DNA of 63,317 nucleotides, filler included, from Folioceros fuciformis (lineage: Eukaryota): assembly GCA_049999805.1 (NCBI GenBank). It is 6 parts of 6 records of this genome, joined end to end, with 100 filler letters (N's around TTAATTAATTAA, not from the genome) between each part and the next. Parts side by side here need not be neighbours in the genome. Positions count along the whole stretch, not along the records: positions 36,369 to 54,457 come from JBNGIO010003073.1; positions 54,558 to 62,108 come from JBNGIO010003077.1; positions 62,209 to 63,317 come from JBNGIO010003095.1; 3 more parts are not named here. The stretch is one strand, 5' to 3'. A program made the translations under genes and the position numbers. Shown here in pieces: positions 52,091 through 63,317 of the stretch (positions within the stretch are counted from its first letter, which is position 1; each line of letters begins with the position of its first letter). The notes under the pieces were generated by a model that was given only the letters and a program-made list of their open reading frames with translations, was not told the origin of the DNA and did no database searches.

Positions 52091-54457
52091 TCATCTAGGC
52101 TGGGGTGTAATGCTATCGAGGAAACCTTGGGAAGGCTTTTCTACTATGGTTTCGGAGCCAGAACTGGAACCGGGAATGACGTCGGTTGTGGAATTGTGGA
52201 CGAGATTGTTCCCGGGCGTGTCACCACTAGACTGGACCGATTCTCCTCGTCGTTCTCTGGACTCCAGTTCCAAAGTTTCAGCTAGCTCGCTCACCACTTT
52301 GCTCATGCCAGGTCTGGCAGAAGGAGCAGCCGTCACACACCTCACGCCTATGTCAGCAAACCTCCATAACGACTCCACCTTGCAGTTTCCTCGCAGAACC
52401 GGATCCACCACTTCTAACAAACTTCCAGTCTTTACAGCGGCTCTCACCTGCCAACTCAACTCGGTATACACGACCATGACTTCCTGCTTCACATCTTCGA
52501 AATGCAGGCCAGAGAAGATAGGACTCTCACCTTTTCAACGATGGGCCCTGCTTGTGAAATGGGCGGCCGTCCACACAAGATCTCCAACAACAAGACTCCA
52601 AAACTGTAGACATCGCTCTTGTCGGTGAGGATGCCAGTTACGTAGTACCTGTGAACATTCCCACCATCGCCGACTGCAGAGGGTTTCCTGGGCGGACTTT
52701 TGCAACATCCATGCTTCTAGGGCTAGATGAGAAACAACTTACTCAGGATCCAGGTATCCTAACGTGCCCTTCACTGTTGTCTGAACGGGAATGTTATCCT
52801 CGACTATGAGCTTGGACAACCCGAAGTCCGCCATTTTTGCTTCTAGTTTGCTATTCAGAAGGATGTTGCTGCTCTTGACGTCCCTATGCAAGATGGCTGG
52901 GTTGCAACCATGATGCAGATATTCTAGACCTGCCAACGGACAGTCAGTCAGCAACTCTCTTCCAGTAGGCTGTAAGGCAAGTCCAACGGGAAGATTTGGA
53001 CAGCCAACTGCAGTTACCTTTGGCAGCGTCCAGGGCTATTAGGAGTCTCTGCGTCCAGGTCAGTGGGGAGTGTGGAGCTCCTTCGGTACCTGCAAGCCGT
53101 TGAGTGCACAGCGGGAGTACCATGAGCTGACAGCCGGTGAGAAACTGATCATGAGTTGGCAGACCACATTAGTGTTGAAAACTGGAATCAGAAGGAAAGG
53201 AGACAAGATACTCTCTGGACGTAACAAACAATGGTTGAAGGCCAAAACTGGGAACTACCATACAACCGGGCTCGAAGATCTCCTCCAGACATGTACTCAT
53301 ACAAAAGAATGAGTTCGTTCTGTTCCTGGCAGTACCCAACAAGTGACACCAGTTTTCTGTAGTGCACCCTTGACAGAAGATCGATCTAGGGAACCATGAC
53401 AAGCAAACCGTAAGGCCTCCACCGTCCAGGAAGGCATCGTCGAAGCAATTTTAGTTCAAGTCCGAGACTCCAGTATGCGTGCAACACACAATGTCATATG
53501 TAATGAAAGAAGCAACAGTCTGGTACACCTACCTCATTCGAGAACTCGGACAACCCTTGCTGAGACTTTTGGGACATAACTTTTACGGCAACTTCACGGC
53601 CCTCGAGCAGTCCATGATACACTGGCCCAAAGCCGCCCTCCCCAATTTTCCTTGCGAAGTTGTTTGTAGCTGCCCTAACAGTGTTCGGAGCATATCGCTG
53701 ACCTTTTCTAGCGGGATGATGGGTGGACTCGGTGGGTTTCTTCTGGCAGCCCAACCGAAGGCAATTACCAGGAGGAGGACCAAGACACCTCCTACAACGC
53801 CACCAATAACCGGCCAGATTGAAGTTTTGCTTCCTCCAGGTCTCCCTGTGGGTGGGCTCCTCGTTCCAGTTGGTGGTGAAGCAGCTGGTGGTGGGCAAGT
53901 TACACTTCGGGTAGGAACACATTGAAGCTGAAGGTTACCAAAATACCTGCAACAGAACACGCAACCTGCAAATGAGCTCCGGTTTCATGTATCGCAAGTA
54001 CAAAAATTATTGAAAAGACTAGCAAGCTCCTTAGGGCTTGAAACTGTGACATTCGTTAGGCTTCACCTGAAGTCATTGATCTGGATGATGTAGGAGGCAG
54101 GGAAGGTGCCAGACAAGTTGTTGTTACTCACATCCCTGGACCACGGCGGAAGCTCGTTTCTAGGTCAATATGCCAAATTTATGATATCACAAGTACTAGT
54201 AGGCAATCCAGATCGATGCGCACCAAGTCCAGGTCGCACTTACACAGAGGAAAAGTTAACGACCCAAGTAGGCAGAGGGCCAGAGAACTGGTTGTCAGAT
54301 AAGTTCCTGTGAATCCCAACACCGGCCACGGTCCAACATCAGTTGGGCCACTAAAAGTGACTGCTGTCACGCAAAGAGAGGTTCCAGAGACACAGCAGCA
54401 TGGATTACAGGTTTTGAAGAGCTGTCAGGCCGGAAATGGCTGATGGAATGGGGCCGC
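52091..54457 (-). CDS. LRR receptor-like kinase (LRR-I-like), 5'-truncated by the contig end, with an apparent frameshift after the TM helix
   Basis: LRR exons ([24 protein letters not shown]), TM helix [17 protein letters not shown], kinase motifs [42 protein letters not shown] and KSDVYSFGV. Confidence 0.88.
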
Positions 54458-54557
54458 NNNNNNNNNNNNNNNNNNNNNNNNNNNNNNNNNNNNNNNNNNN
54501 NTTAATTAATTAANNNNNNNNNNNNNNNNNNNNNNNNNNNNNNNNNNNNNNNNNNNN

Positions 54558-55518
54558 ATTGCAGTGAAGAGAAAGAGGTGCAAGGAGATAGTTCGTGTGC
54601 TACAGCAAGCGGCCTGGGTATGTTGGCAGTTCCTTTGGTCGTGTTTTTGTTTCCAATACTAGTCTGAAACTATCCGCTGTGGTGGTGCATGGCAATTGCC
54701 TCATCTGAAAGGATGTGGGGCTTGCTGCAGAGTCCGTATGTGGCTTAAGTAAAGTGTGTGTATGCTAGATCATGGCACCTAGAGCATGAAGAAATGATTA
54801 TGGTGCATTTTTGAAGGAAGAGGGCCAGGTAGAGATATGGGTGCTGTTCTCAGATCTTAGGCTGAGAAAACTTTGGGTTGGGTTGTTTGATGCAGGAGTT
54901 GGACACCTCTTTTTTATCTTTTGGAAATTAAAAGAAACCTTCCTAGCTTCCGTCACCTCTTTCCTTTGTTTAGGTCTGACATACTTGAGACCCAGTAGGG
55001 GTGTACTGTATTTGATTGAGTTCATAAGCTGTCAGTGTGAAGTCTGACGTGACAGCGAGGGGCAACATTTGAGTCTCAAGTATCCTGGGGCTTTGTTGTT
55101 GTGAATGCCTTGGGTTTTCAGTGACCACAAAACTCTGGGTCCCTAGCAGCTTGTGTACATGCGAAACGGATGTGAGCTGTGTTTGTGTGGTTACATGTGC
55201 CAGACGTTGGAAGAATTGCCCCTAGATTACGACGCTCCTTCAAGGCCACCGCACACGGGTGCTGATGCAACGGGGCTTCCGCCCATTGCTAAGCCCGTGG
55301 GGACATCTTCTGCAATGTACGCTGCATCGAATGGTGATGTGAATGGTAACGGCATGGCGTCCCCTATCTCCAGTGGGTACATGATGTCGCCGAGGAATCC
55401 AAAGTCAAGACGGAGCTTTGCCGAACAGCTGTCATCCTCTGGAAATGGGCCGCTTGGTAGCAATGGCAATGGCCACGTTGGGGGAGCTGGCTATCCAATA
55501 ATCAAGAGTGATAGGTGA
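54558..55518 (+). CDS. DRP3: Dynamin-related protein 3, last two exons (GED end and C-terminal tail)
   Basis: 54558-54617 IAVKRKRCKEIVRVLQQAAW splices to 55204 TLEELPLD..., matching the DRP3 GED C-terminus. Confidence 0.82.
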
Positions 55519-55821
55519 AATCTAATTCGTCCTTATCCGTCTATCACAGCAGGAGTTAGATGCGCCGACTTTGACAAATTCTGAAATCTGCGCCGATGGG
55601 TGGGAAAGGTGATGAAATACAAATTTTTGAGTATTCGAAGCGCTAGAGGTACAGAATGCACCAGATGGTAAGCAAGGGAGGGACGATTGAGGTTTGGATA
55701 GATATTCACCTCCATCAAGGAATAGAATTGTATGCAATGTTTTGTATATTCTTGCAGAGCACATTGAAGGGAACTCACTCTTGGTTTTCTCTTTAGCATA
55801 CTACTTTATGCGTCTACACAT

Positions 55822-56153
55822 TCTTTCAACTCGGGTTTGTATATCAATTGCCTTTTCAACTCGGGTTTGTATATCAATTGCCTTTTCAACTCGGATTTGC
55901 ATATCAATTGCCTTTCCAACGTGCAGAACAGCAAGTAGAACTTCACAAATTCTCATACATAGTTCCTCATTGAACCTTCATAATTTCTCATACCCTCATT
56001 CATGGTTTCTCATCAAACCTTCATAGTTTCTCATCAATGCCATGTTTTCAATGCTCAACTAAACAAGTGAGATAAGACATCCTTAATCCCAATATGTAAG
56101 ACACTCAACTAAGCAAGTGAGATAAGGCATCCTTAATCCCAATATGTAAGACA
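55822..56153. repeat. Short tandem duplications (30 bp x3; about 49 bp x2)
   Basis: ttttcaactcgggtttgtatatcaattgcc three times; ctcaactaa.caagtgagataag.catccttaatcccaatatgtaagaca twice. Confidence 0.85.
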
Positions 56154-56399
56154 CTACAAAGATATGCAGTTAGATAGAAAAGAGGTAATCATTCTTCATA
56201 GACAACTTTCATTAGTATACTATAAAGGTATAAATGAAAAGAGGAAACATATTTGCACAAAGTGTAGCTGTTAGGTCAAAACTCTACCTCTTTTTCATAG
56301 ACACACACTTTAGTCAATTGATTTGGTGTTGATCATATTAACTTCTTTCAAAAATGGGTATACCAACAATTTTTCTTTGGCAGTCAAGACCCAATCGTG

Positions 56400-56680
56400 A
56401 AGTGTGATCTTAGTCTTAGTTGTAGAATTGAATTTAGAAATTCATCCAATGGATGGTTGACTGCATCCTTATATGAGAAGCTCAAGGAGGACACATATAT
56501 ACGGCTTGGAAGATGTTAAAGCTGAGCTTGTTTATAAGCTATTTAAATGCCTCTATGACCTAAAACAAAGTGCTCATATATGTGATGGTATAGATGTGAT
56601 AGTTGCTGTAAATTTATTGGCTTGAATCAAAGTCTTAATAGTAATGTCTATTATCTTGCTAACCATTCTCACTTTATTAT
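56400..56680 (+). mobile_element. Highly decayed copia RT fragment
   Basis: VYKLFKCLYDLKQSAHI near 56530-56580 resembles the copia RT motif VCKLxKxLYGLKQ. Confidence 0.45.
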
Positions 56681-56999
56681 TTTAGAATTATACGTTAATA
56701 CAATATATATGGTCTCTAGTATGCCCCTTATCAACACGGTTAAAGACATGCTTGAAAGGGGGTGGCAAGTGGTTTGAAGACTTGTCGTTTCCTGTTTTGT
56801 CAGGTGTTTCGTTGTCAGGTGTTTCGTTCTCAGGACTACAGGTCTCTTCTTTACGCCATGGAGCAGGTACTGGGCTTGCTGCGCATTCTGGGTGATGTTG
56901 AGATTTGCTGCTAGTAATGCCGTCATGTCCTCTGGAGGTAGCGGATGAAATTCGAGTCATGTCCTGAATGAGGGTTTCCGATCTTCTTTGTTGTGGATT

Positions 57000-57125
57000 G
57001 TGCAGCTGTTTTGGAAGGCTGAGGTCACCAAGCCTGTAGCTGTGCAGCTGTTTAGGAAGGTTGAGGTTACCAAGCCTGTAGCTGTGCAGCTGTTTAGGAA
57101 GGTTGAGGTCACCAAGCCTGTAGCT
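57000..57125. repeat. 42-bp tandem repeat, 3 copies
   Basis: tgtgcagctgtttaggaaggttgaggtcaccaagcctgtagc repeated. Confidence 0.9.
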
Positions 57126-57302
57126 GGTCGAGCAGCCTTTGCTGAGATCTATGTCATCGGGTTGGAGGACAATGTTGTCTAAACGGAAAGCAAGGGTTTA
57201 TCAGATTGTCTATGTAGTACTTCATGATCAAACATACTGGTATATTTGGGAACGACTTGCGCCGCATGCAAAATATTTGCTTGTGGCGAGTTTTCCTTGC
57301 AG

Positions 57303-58750
57303 GCCAAAGCGCGTTCTGCAACAGGCATGCAGGTGGACGTGATGGAAGATGCGTACAGAGAAGATGACCTTTTCTCACTTGCGGCCAGTAAGGTCTATGG
57401 AGGCGTGGTTTTTGAACGACAACAGCAATAGACTCAAATAAAACCTGACATCCTGGGTTTGTTTGACAGAGGGAAAAAGGACCTTCACACCGTGGAGAGC
57501 ATAGAATCGGCAGATGATGAAGTTCACGACAGTGAGGATCAGATACTGAATGGTGTGCAGCCAGACGGTGTGGATAGTGATCTGGATTCAGAAGAGGAGA
57601 GGCAGAGGTTAGTGCTTCAGCTTGTTTGGTCTTTGGGTGTAGCATGGTGTCATCACCATGGTGACTTGTTCTGAGGTTCGGACAGTCTGTCTGAGGGCCC
57701 TTGCTGGTGTGGGTTATTCGGATTTGGCGCCTCTTTCTGCTGACCTGTTTTGGCTTGTCTGCAGGAAGATGTGGAAGGCACTGATGCGCGTGAAGCTGGC
57801 TCTGATTCTGCCGAAGAGGACGAGAATCCAAACCCGTTGGTAGTGCCTCTAGTATCGAACGTGAAACCGTCACAAAGGAGCAGCGAGCGCAGCAATGGAT
57901 CAGTCAAGATGTGTTTGCGGGCGTAGACACAGTAAATGACATCAGCGATGATGAAATGGAGGGGGTTGAGAAGCACACAGAAAAGAATGTAGAATTGGAG
58001 GAGGTGATCAGAGGAGAGCAGAAGGGCGTGGATGGGCAGAAGAAACATGGGCACAGATCTGCAAGTTCCGAGGCTAACGATGGCGAATGCGAAAATCGTT
58101 CTTGCAGTGGCGAGCGCTTCATTTGATGATGACGATGCTAACGAGGACAATAATGAAATGGCCGACATTCTTGCGTATGCGAAAAAAATGTTGCGTAAGA
58201 AAAGCGCGCAAGACATTCACAACAGGTACACCTTTAACGATGATATCCTTCCAAGATGGTTTGCAGACGATGAAGGAAAACACTCCCGGCCCTAGAAGCC
58301 TGTGACGACGGGAGAGGTGGAGGCCATAAAACCTCAGTTCAGAGACATCAATGCCCGACCTGTGAAGTAAGTGGCGGAGGCGAAAGCCAGGACAGTGCGG
58401 CGAGTTCAGAAAAAATTGGAGCCAGTTCGACAGAAGGCTACTGCAATTCCAGACCAGCCTGATCTTAGCGCCAAGTCGAAAAACAGCATGATCGGGAAAC
58501 TATGTAAGGAAGCGTTAGAGGCCCAAAAGAAGGGCAAACGGGAGACTGTGGTGGCCAAGAAAGGAGTAGGAGCCAAGGGAGGGAAGGCCCGGGGGGTAGC
58601 AGACAGGCGGATGAAAAAGGACGCCCGGTCAAGAGGCAGCGGTCCTGTCGAGGGAGGCTCGAAGAGGAAAGGAGTGAACTTTGGCGGAGGCAAGGGGCGT
58701 AGCAAGGCTGGCGCTGGGAAAACGGGGCCTCGGCTCCAAGGCCGGTGGCA
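57303..58750 (+). pseudogene. SPB1: Spb1/FTSJ3 rRNA methyltransferase C-terminal half, pseudogene
   Basis: AKARSATGMQVDVMEDAY..LFSL, then NRYTFNDDILPRWFADDE.KH.RP*KPVT..INARPVK*VAEAKAR..VVAKKG..DRRMKKDAR; stops at 58293 and 58368 plus frameshifts; no N-terminal FtsJ domain seen. Confidence 0.88.
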
Positions 58751-60405
58751 AAGGACGTGGGTCCGGCAGGCCTCAATCAGGAATGAAGTGATTCCAGCTG
58801 TAAATCGCCTTCAAGGAGCACAGATGAGAGTAACCTACATACCTTGCTTTCCACGCGCTCCGCGCCTGCATCTTGCCGTTGCCGGCAGCGTCTATATGTT
58901 GCCGCGGTCGTGGTGAACTGTGTCAAGGCTGTAGGTTGGGAATTCTGCAACTTGCTGGTTTCGGCATGGGGCAGTGTGGCTGCAGGCTTGAGTGCGCTCG
59001 GCAGACGGTGGAAGACCCGGAAGTTAGGAAGGACGTCCTCAGCTCCAGTGTCGTGAAGGATAGGTATCGTGCTAGCAACTGCCGTCAGCTGTTGAAACAG
59101 CTACCAGCGCGCATCTACATCATCCGTCGCTGTATTGCGATTTTGCTCTGTTGGCACAGGCAGCGGGTCTGAGTGATTGCCTTTCACGAGTGCACAGGTA
59201 CCCAGGTGTGCCCGTTGCAGTGCGCTACTGCACTCCTGGATGAGTTGCATGGAGGGTGAAGCTGCAGCCTGTTATGTCTGCCTTGTCACCTGTGTAAAGG
59301 TAGAGATGTTTGCTGAGCCCGCGTCGGGCTTTGAGGTCGAGCTGTGATTGTACCAAGTGTACTGGGAGGGGCCCTTTCTGCAACGGAACGAGGATAAGCA
59401 TCACCCTGAATGCAGCGAGACTGCCACGTCCCTGCGAAGGAGATGGGAGGTCGGCAGCCTGCTGCTCCAACTCCTCACCGTGCGTTACAGAAAGCCGATT
59501 GCGAGGCGTTTGCCCTTAGTCGATAAGGGGAAAGTGAAGATTTCTATTAAAGTTCAAAAGAGTAGACGGAGTCACGAGCTCAGCATCTTGATCAAATTTT
59601 GAGAGCAAAACTTAAGATGGAGGGTGACATATTGGGGGCTAGCCCCTTTCAGGGCTTGTTCCACATGGGCCCCATGGAGGTGGACATTGTTATTTTTATT
59701 TTCTTTTTGTAAGAAGTCTCAGGTTCCTTTTCGAGGGCCCCTTCAAATGAGAAAGCGCCAGCGCGACAACAGGGTGCCGGAGGTTGGGTCGCCAATACGT
59801 AAATGGAATTCTTCCACTGCTGTCCCTTTGTGTCGTGTCGTGAGTACGTCTTGTGTTCCCTGTGTCGTGTGCGCAGCATCCAAAATAGGACTGTAACCAC
59901 CATAAAATAAGGGCCTGCTAGCAGCCTGCCCATACAGTACATCAATTCGCAGGCAGACTTAGCACGCCACCTTATCCGGCTGCCGGTAGAAACGCTTCTT
60001 CGTAGAAAGAAGCGTACAAGGGACGAACAAGGGAGTCGCCACGCATATGCGGGAGGAAGCAGCCATGGCTGGCTGTCTGCGCGCACATGCTGCTTGTACG
60101 CCGCATCTTCCGTGTCCCGTCGCGCAATTGCAGCCACCGGGGTCTGCGGAACATGCCGAGGCGCAGAGCCTCCGGGCTTGATTGCACGTGAAGCTCCATC
60201 CCAAGGGCTCAATCGTCTGCTGCCGCTGCTCTGCTCTGCTCGTGTGGTGTGTGTCAATTTCGCGTCCTCAAGGTTCGCATTGCGGAGAAGGGTAATCGGG
60301 CTTTCTTGTTTCGTCATCCGGCCTCCGTTTTGTGTACATATCTGGGATCTGGTGCCGGGCAGGGCAGGGTGGTATTTTCGGCTTGCGCGTCTCTCATCGG
60401 GAAAT

Positions 60406-62108
60406 ATGACGACTGCCGGGGGCAGGGAGATGGGGGTGTTCGGGGAGGAACCCCGGATTTGCAGCCGGATGCGGCTTTGGGAGTTCCCCGGGCAGTACGT
60501 GTTTGAGCCGACTGATGCGTTTGCGTCTCCGTACTTGTCAATTGATCGGACCTCAGGCGACGTGGCGGCCCTCAGTGAGTGTGCTTGCCGTGGCTCTTGG
60601 CATTGCGTGATCCGCGCTTCGGATTGCGGTCTTGCTGCAGTTCTGTGGCATCTGGATGTGCTGTATGGGTGCATGGAGTAGGTTTTGGGGGCGTTTTTGC
60701 ATGCGGGGGGGAGAGGGCCGCGCCGTGGTGTTCGGCTTGGCCAATTGTCGTCGTAATTGGGAGCAATTCTCGAAGTTGACCTGTTCTTCTGGAATGCCAG
60801 CTCGTGTTGGGTCGCTGCTCTGTTTGGATGGTTTGGTTTTCGCTGTGAGGTTGCCTGAAATAGCTGAGGGGTTTCTAGCACAGAGCATTGTCTTGCAGCA
60901 GATATGATGTCCTTGTTGCTGGGGCGTGACCTGTCTCTTGGCATGGAAGTGGAATCGCTGTGAGACGTTGACGTATGGGCCAGTTCCTTCATTTCGCGTT
61001 CTTAAAGCAGGACTGTTGTTGCAGAGCTAGGATCATGAACTTGTGTGGCTTGAACGCAGTAACGTTTGTTGCTGCCAGCGCCTTGGGCCTGATTAGGATT
61101 CGTCCTGTTGCTCTGTAGGCCAGCTGCCGGAGAGTGCAACCACTCCACAAACAAGCATTGTCTTTGGTCTCGTCGGAGTTGTTCGGCTTTTGACAGGCAT
61201 CGTTTCTGAACCTCTTCGTGGAGCTTTCTCGTGGTCAAGCCCTTGCTGTAGCCAGGGCTCGTTGGAACAAAGATGGCTTTGTGTTGTTGGCTTCATATTC
61301 TAACAAGAAAATTCTAGATTTGTGGCAATAGCAATGGTTGCATGGTGCAAATAGGCCTTGCAACACTGTTGATTATGAATGCAAGGGTTATGACGATGTT
61401 GGTTTGTGTCTTGTAGGTGCCTATGCTCTTGTTATAACCTCCCGTGAAGAGGTTGGCGCCTACCGAGGTGCTTCTGTGTATCGCATTCGGTCTATGAGGT
61501 TCCTGAGCTGCAATCTAGATTTGAAAAATGCAACCGCAAAGCAGGTTCACTTCTCGACCGCGATTGCCGCTTGTAGATCAGCATGGATGGGTCCATGAGA
61601 TTTCCTGTTGCTTTCATGTTTCGGTCTTGTAGACTCAGAATCTGAGATCGTTATACGTGATTTTTGGAACTGTTTTCGTGACGCCTGATAGAAGGCTATA
61701 TAGTTTTTAACTGATTGATGACGTTTGTAGCAGAAAAAGGACGAAGCCCATTATCTTAGCCTACTCAAGGTGGTGGAGACTACTCCTGGCCTATTTTTCT
61801 CTTACGAAGCTGATTTGACTCTCAAGTAAGCTGGCTCGTGGGAATGTTTGAAAGCTGTTGTCAAGTTATAGCTGCTGATGGTTTGCACGGGCATCAGCAT
61901 TTCTGACTGCAAATTTTTGACCTGCAGTGCACAGAGGAACCATACTATCCTCTCAACAGGAAAGGTGCTGCCCCTCTGGAAGCAGGTGACCTTCTCACCT
62001 TGTTTCATGCCGCAAAGGGTTGATGTCGTTAATGAGGTTGTTGAATTTCCTGTCTGTGTGAATTTGACGACTTTGATCTGCTATGGTGGCTTGTCGTTTG
62101 TCCAGGCT
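60406..62108 (+). CDS. SAC-domain phosphoinositide phosphatase (SAC6-8/Sac1-like), 5' exons only
   Basis: RMRLWEFPGQYVFEPTD..LSIDRTSG, IVFGLVGVVRLLTG/AYALVIT, LLKVVETTPGLFFSYEADLTLN/AQR..LPLWKQ; truncated by the contig end. The start could be at 60406 or 60430. Confidence 0.9.
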
Positions 62109-62208
62109 NNNNNNNNNNNNNNNNNNNNNNNNNNNNNNNNNNNNNNNNNNNNTTAATTAATTAANNNNNNNNNNNNNNNNNNNNNNNNNNNNNNNNNNNN
62201 NNNNNNNN

Positions 62209-62365
62209 AACCATGGATCAGAAAGGCAATGCAACCATGGATCAGAAAGGCAATGCAACCATGGATCAGAAAGGCAATGCAACCATGGATCAGAAAGGCA
62301 ATGAAACCATGGATCAGAAACACAATGCAATAGATCAGAAATAGAAACACAATACAATGGATCAA
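62209..62365. repeat. 24-bp tandem repeat (aaccatggatcagaaaggcaatgc), about 6 copies decaying rightwards
   Basis: Directly visible at the contig start. Confidence 0.92.
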
Positions 62366-63051
62366 ATCCCAACAACCTTTGCCTACACAACCTCAAAGTT
62401 GTTTTGGTGATAACATTTCTTGGTAATGCCCGCCCAAGTCCCATAGTGCTAGTGGCAATACGACTCCATGGAGTTTCGTGTTTAACTTAGTACAAAGCTC
62501 TTCATTTGTTTATGTCAGGACCCATGTTTATCCTTCATTCACAACCATTAATTTCTTTTCCCTAAGTTCACATGATGAAAGACAAACATCCACAATGATC
62601 ATCTCTTTTTTATGAACATAATGAAAGGGAAGTAAAACTAGCTACAACTGTCCAAATCAAGAACACTTAGTCATATATTGACAATAAATTTGTACTGTAA
62701 GGTTAGCTATAAATTCTAATCGAGGTTTGTTGACCTGTATTCACTTTTTTTAATGATTATTTTTATATTTTTGATATAAATTATTTTTTCAATAATTTGA
62801 TACATCTTACGGTACCCACACTCTCTAAAATCCTATATATATCTTCTCCTCCTCCTTTTATGTCACGCATGCAGGCCTTATGTCTTCATATTTCATGAGA
62901 TGAGCCAACCTCATTCAGATAAAGATTAAAATTTCACTGAATGATATTTTTTTAATATATTGTTTCATAATATTTCATATTTCTCCATTAATATTCTTCA
63001 TTGTTCTATTAACATTTCAATACTGTGAAGGAGATTTCAATCTTCATCAAC

Positions 63052-63317
63052 ATGGGAAAGAAATCAGAAACCAATCTGTGTTCTTTGTTTCTTACAATTT
63101 TGTGTATCATATCCTCCTGCCCGATTGAGGCAAAAAGCAAAAGTGATGGGCGGCTGATGAAAGGAGCCCCTTCTATTTCTAATAAATTAACCAAACGTAG
63201 TGCAGTGGAAATTACAAATCCACTCGAATGTGTTTTATATCTAAACTGTCTAGAAGGTGATACATGTTGCAATGCCTTATCCACTTGTACTCAAATTTTT
63301 GTTTTTGGACCAAAAGT
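63052..63317 (+). CDS. Putative secreted cysteine-rich (knottin-like) prepropeptide, 3'-incomplete
   Basis: Manual translation: MGKKSETNLCSLFLTILCIISSCPIEAKSKSDGRLMKGAPSISNKLTKRSAVEITNPLECVLYLNCLEGDTCCNALSTCTQIFVFGPKV..., open to the window end; in-frame stop upstream at 63010. Confidence 0.65.
   Translation, partial: MGKKSETNLCSLFLTILCIISSCPIEAKSKSDGRLMKGAPSISNKLTKRSAVEITNPLECVLYLNCLEGDTCCNALSTCTQIFVFGPK

Noticed and set aside
59649-60992. 447-aa minus-strand ORF
   Set aside because: Overlaps the SAC phosphatase first exon in antisense within GC-rich DNA; no domain recognised.
62390-62510. LALWDLGG resembling a small-GTPase G3 motif on the minus strand
   Set aside because: Isolated motif in a short stop-bounded frame with no P-loop or G4 motif.
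63009-63284. 91-aa minus-strand ORF
   Set aside because: Better explained as the antisense shadow of the plus-strand cysteine-rich precursor.

Overview
Eukaryotic land-plant genomic DNA, probably from a non-seed plant (compact genes with many short GT-AG introns; lineage is inferred, not established). The window is six contigs joined by artificial 100-nt linkers (N-run, TTAATTAATTAA, N-run) at 6069-6168, 26307-26406, 36269-36368, 54458-54557 and 62109-62208, so adjacency across linkers has no biological meaning. Host genes: plastid adenylate kinase AMK5-type, NudC/CS-domain protein, membralin-like, COBRA-like, SAC3A-like, auxilin-like J protein, an LRR receptor kinase, the 3' end of DRP3 and the 5' part of a SAC phosphoinositide phosphatase. 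Pseudogenes: lectin-RLK-type kinase and Spb1. Mobile DNA: a decayed Ty1/copia, two PIF/Harbinger elements, a CRE-type RLE non-LTR retrotransposon and an L1 tail. Most notable: (1) a bacterial-type beta-class N4-cytosine/N6-adenine DNA methyltransferase frame at 36480-37694, split by three stops and embedded in a repeat- and TTTAGGG-rich block next to the CRE element; (2) a secreted cystine-knot-like prepropeptide running off the window end, absent from the ORF track; (3) a Harbinger Myb protein resembling ASIL/SIP1 trihelix factors; (4) hairpins and a templated-insertion scar. All family calls come from motif recognition; no database search was run, and intron and element boundaries are approximate.
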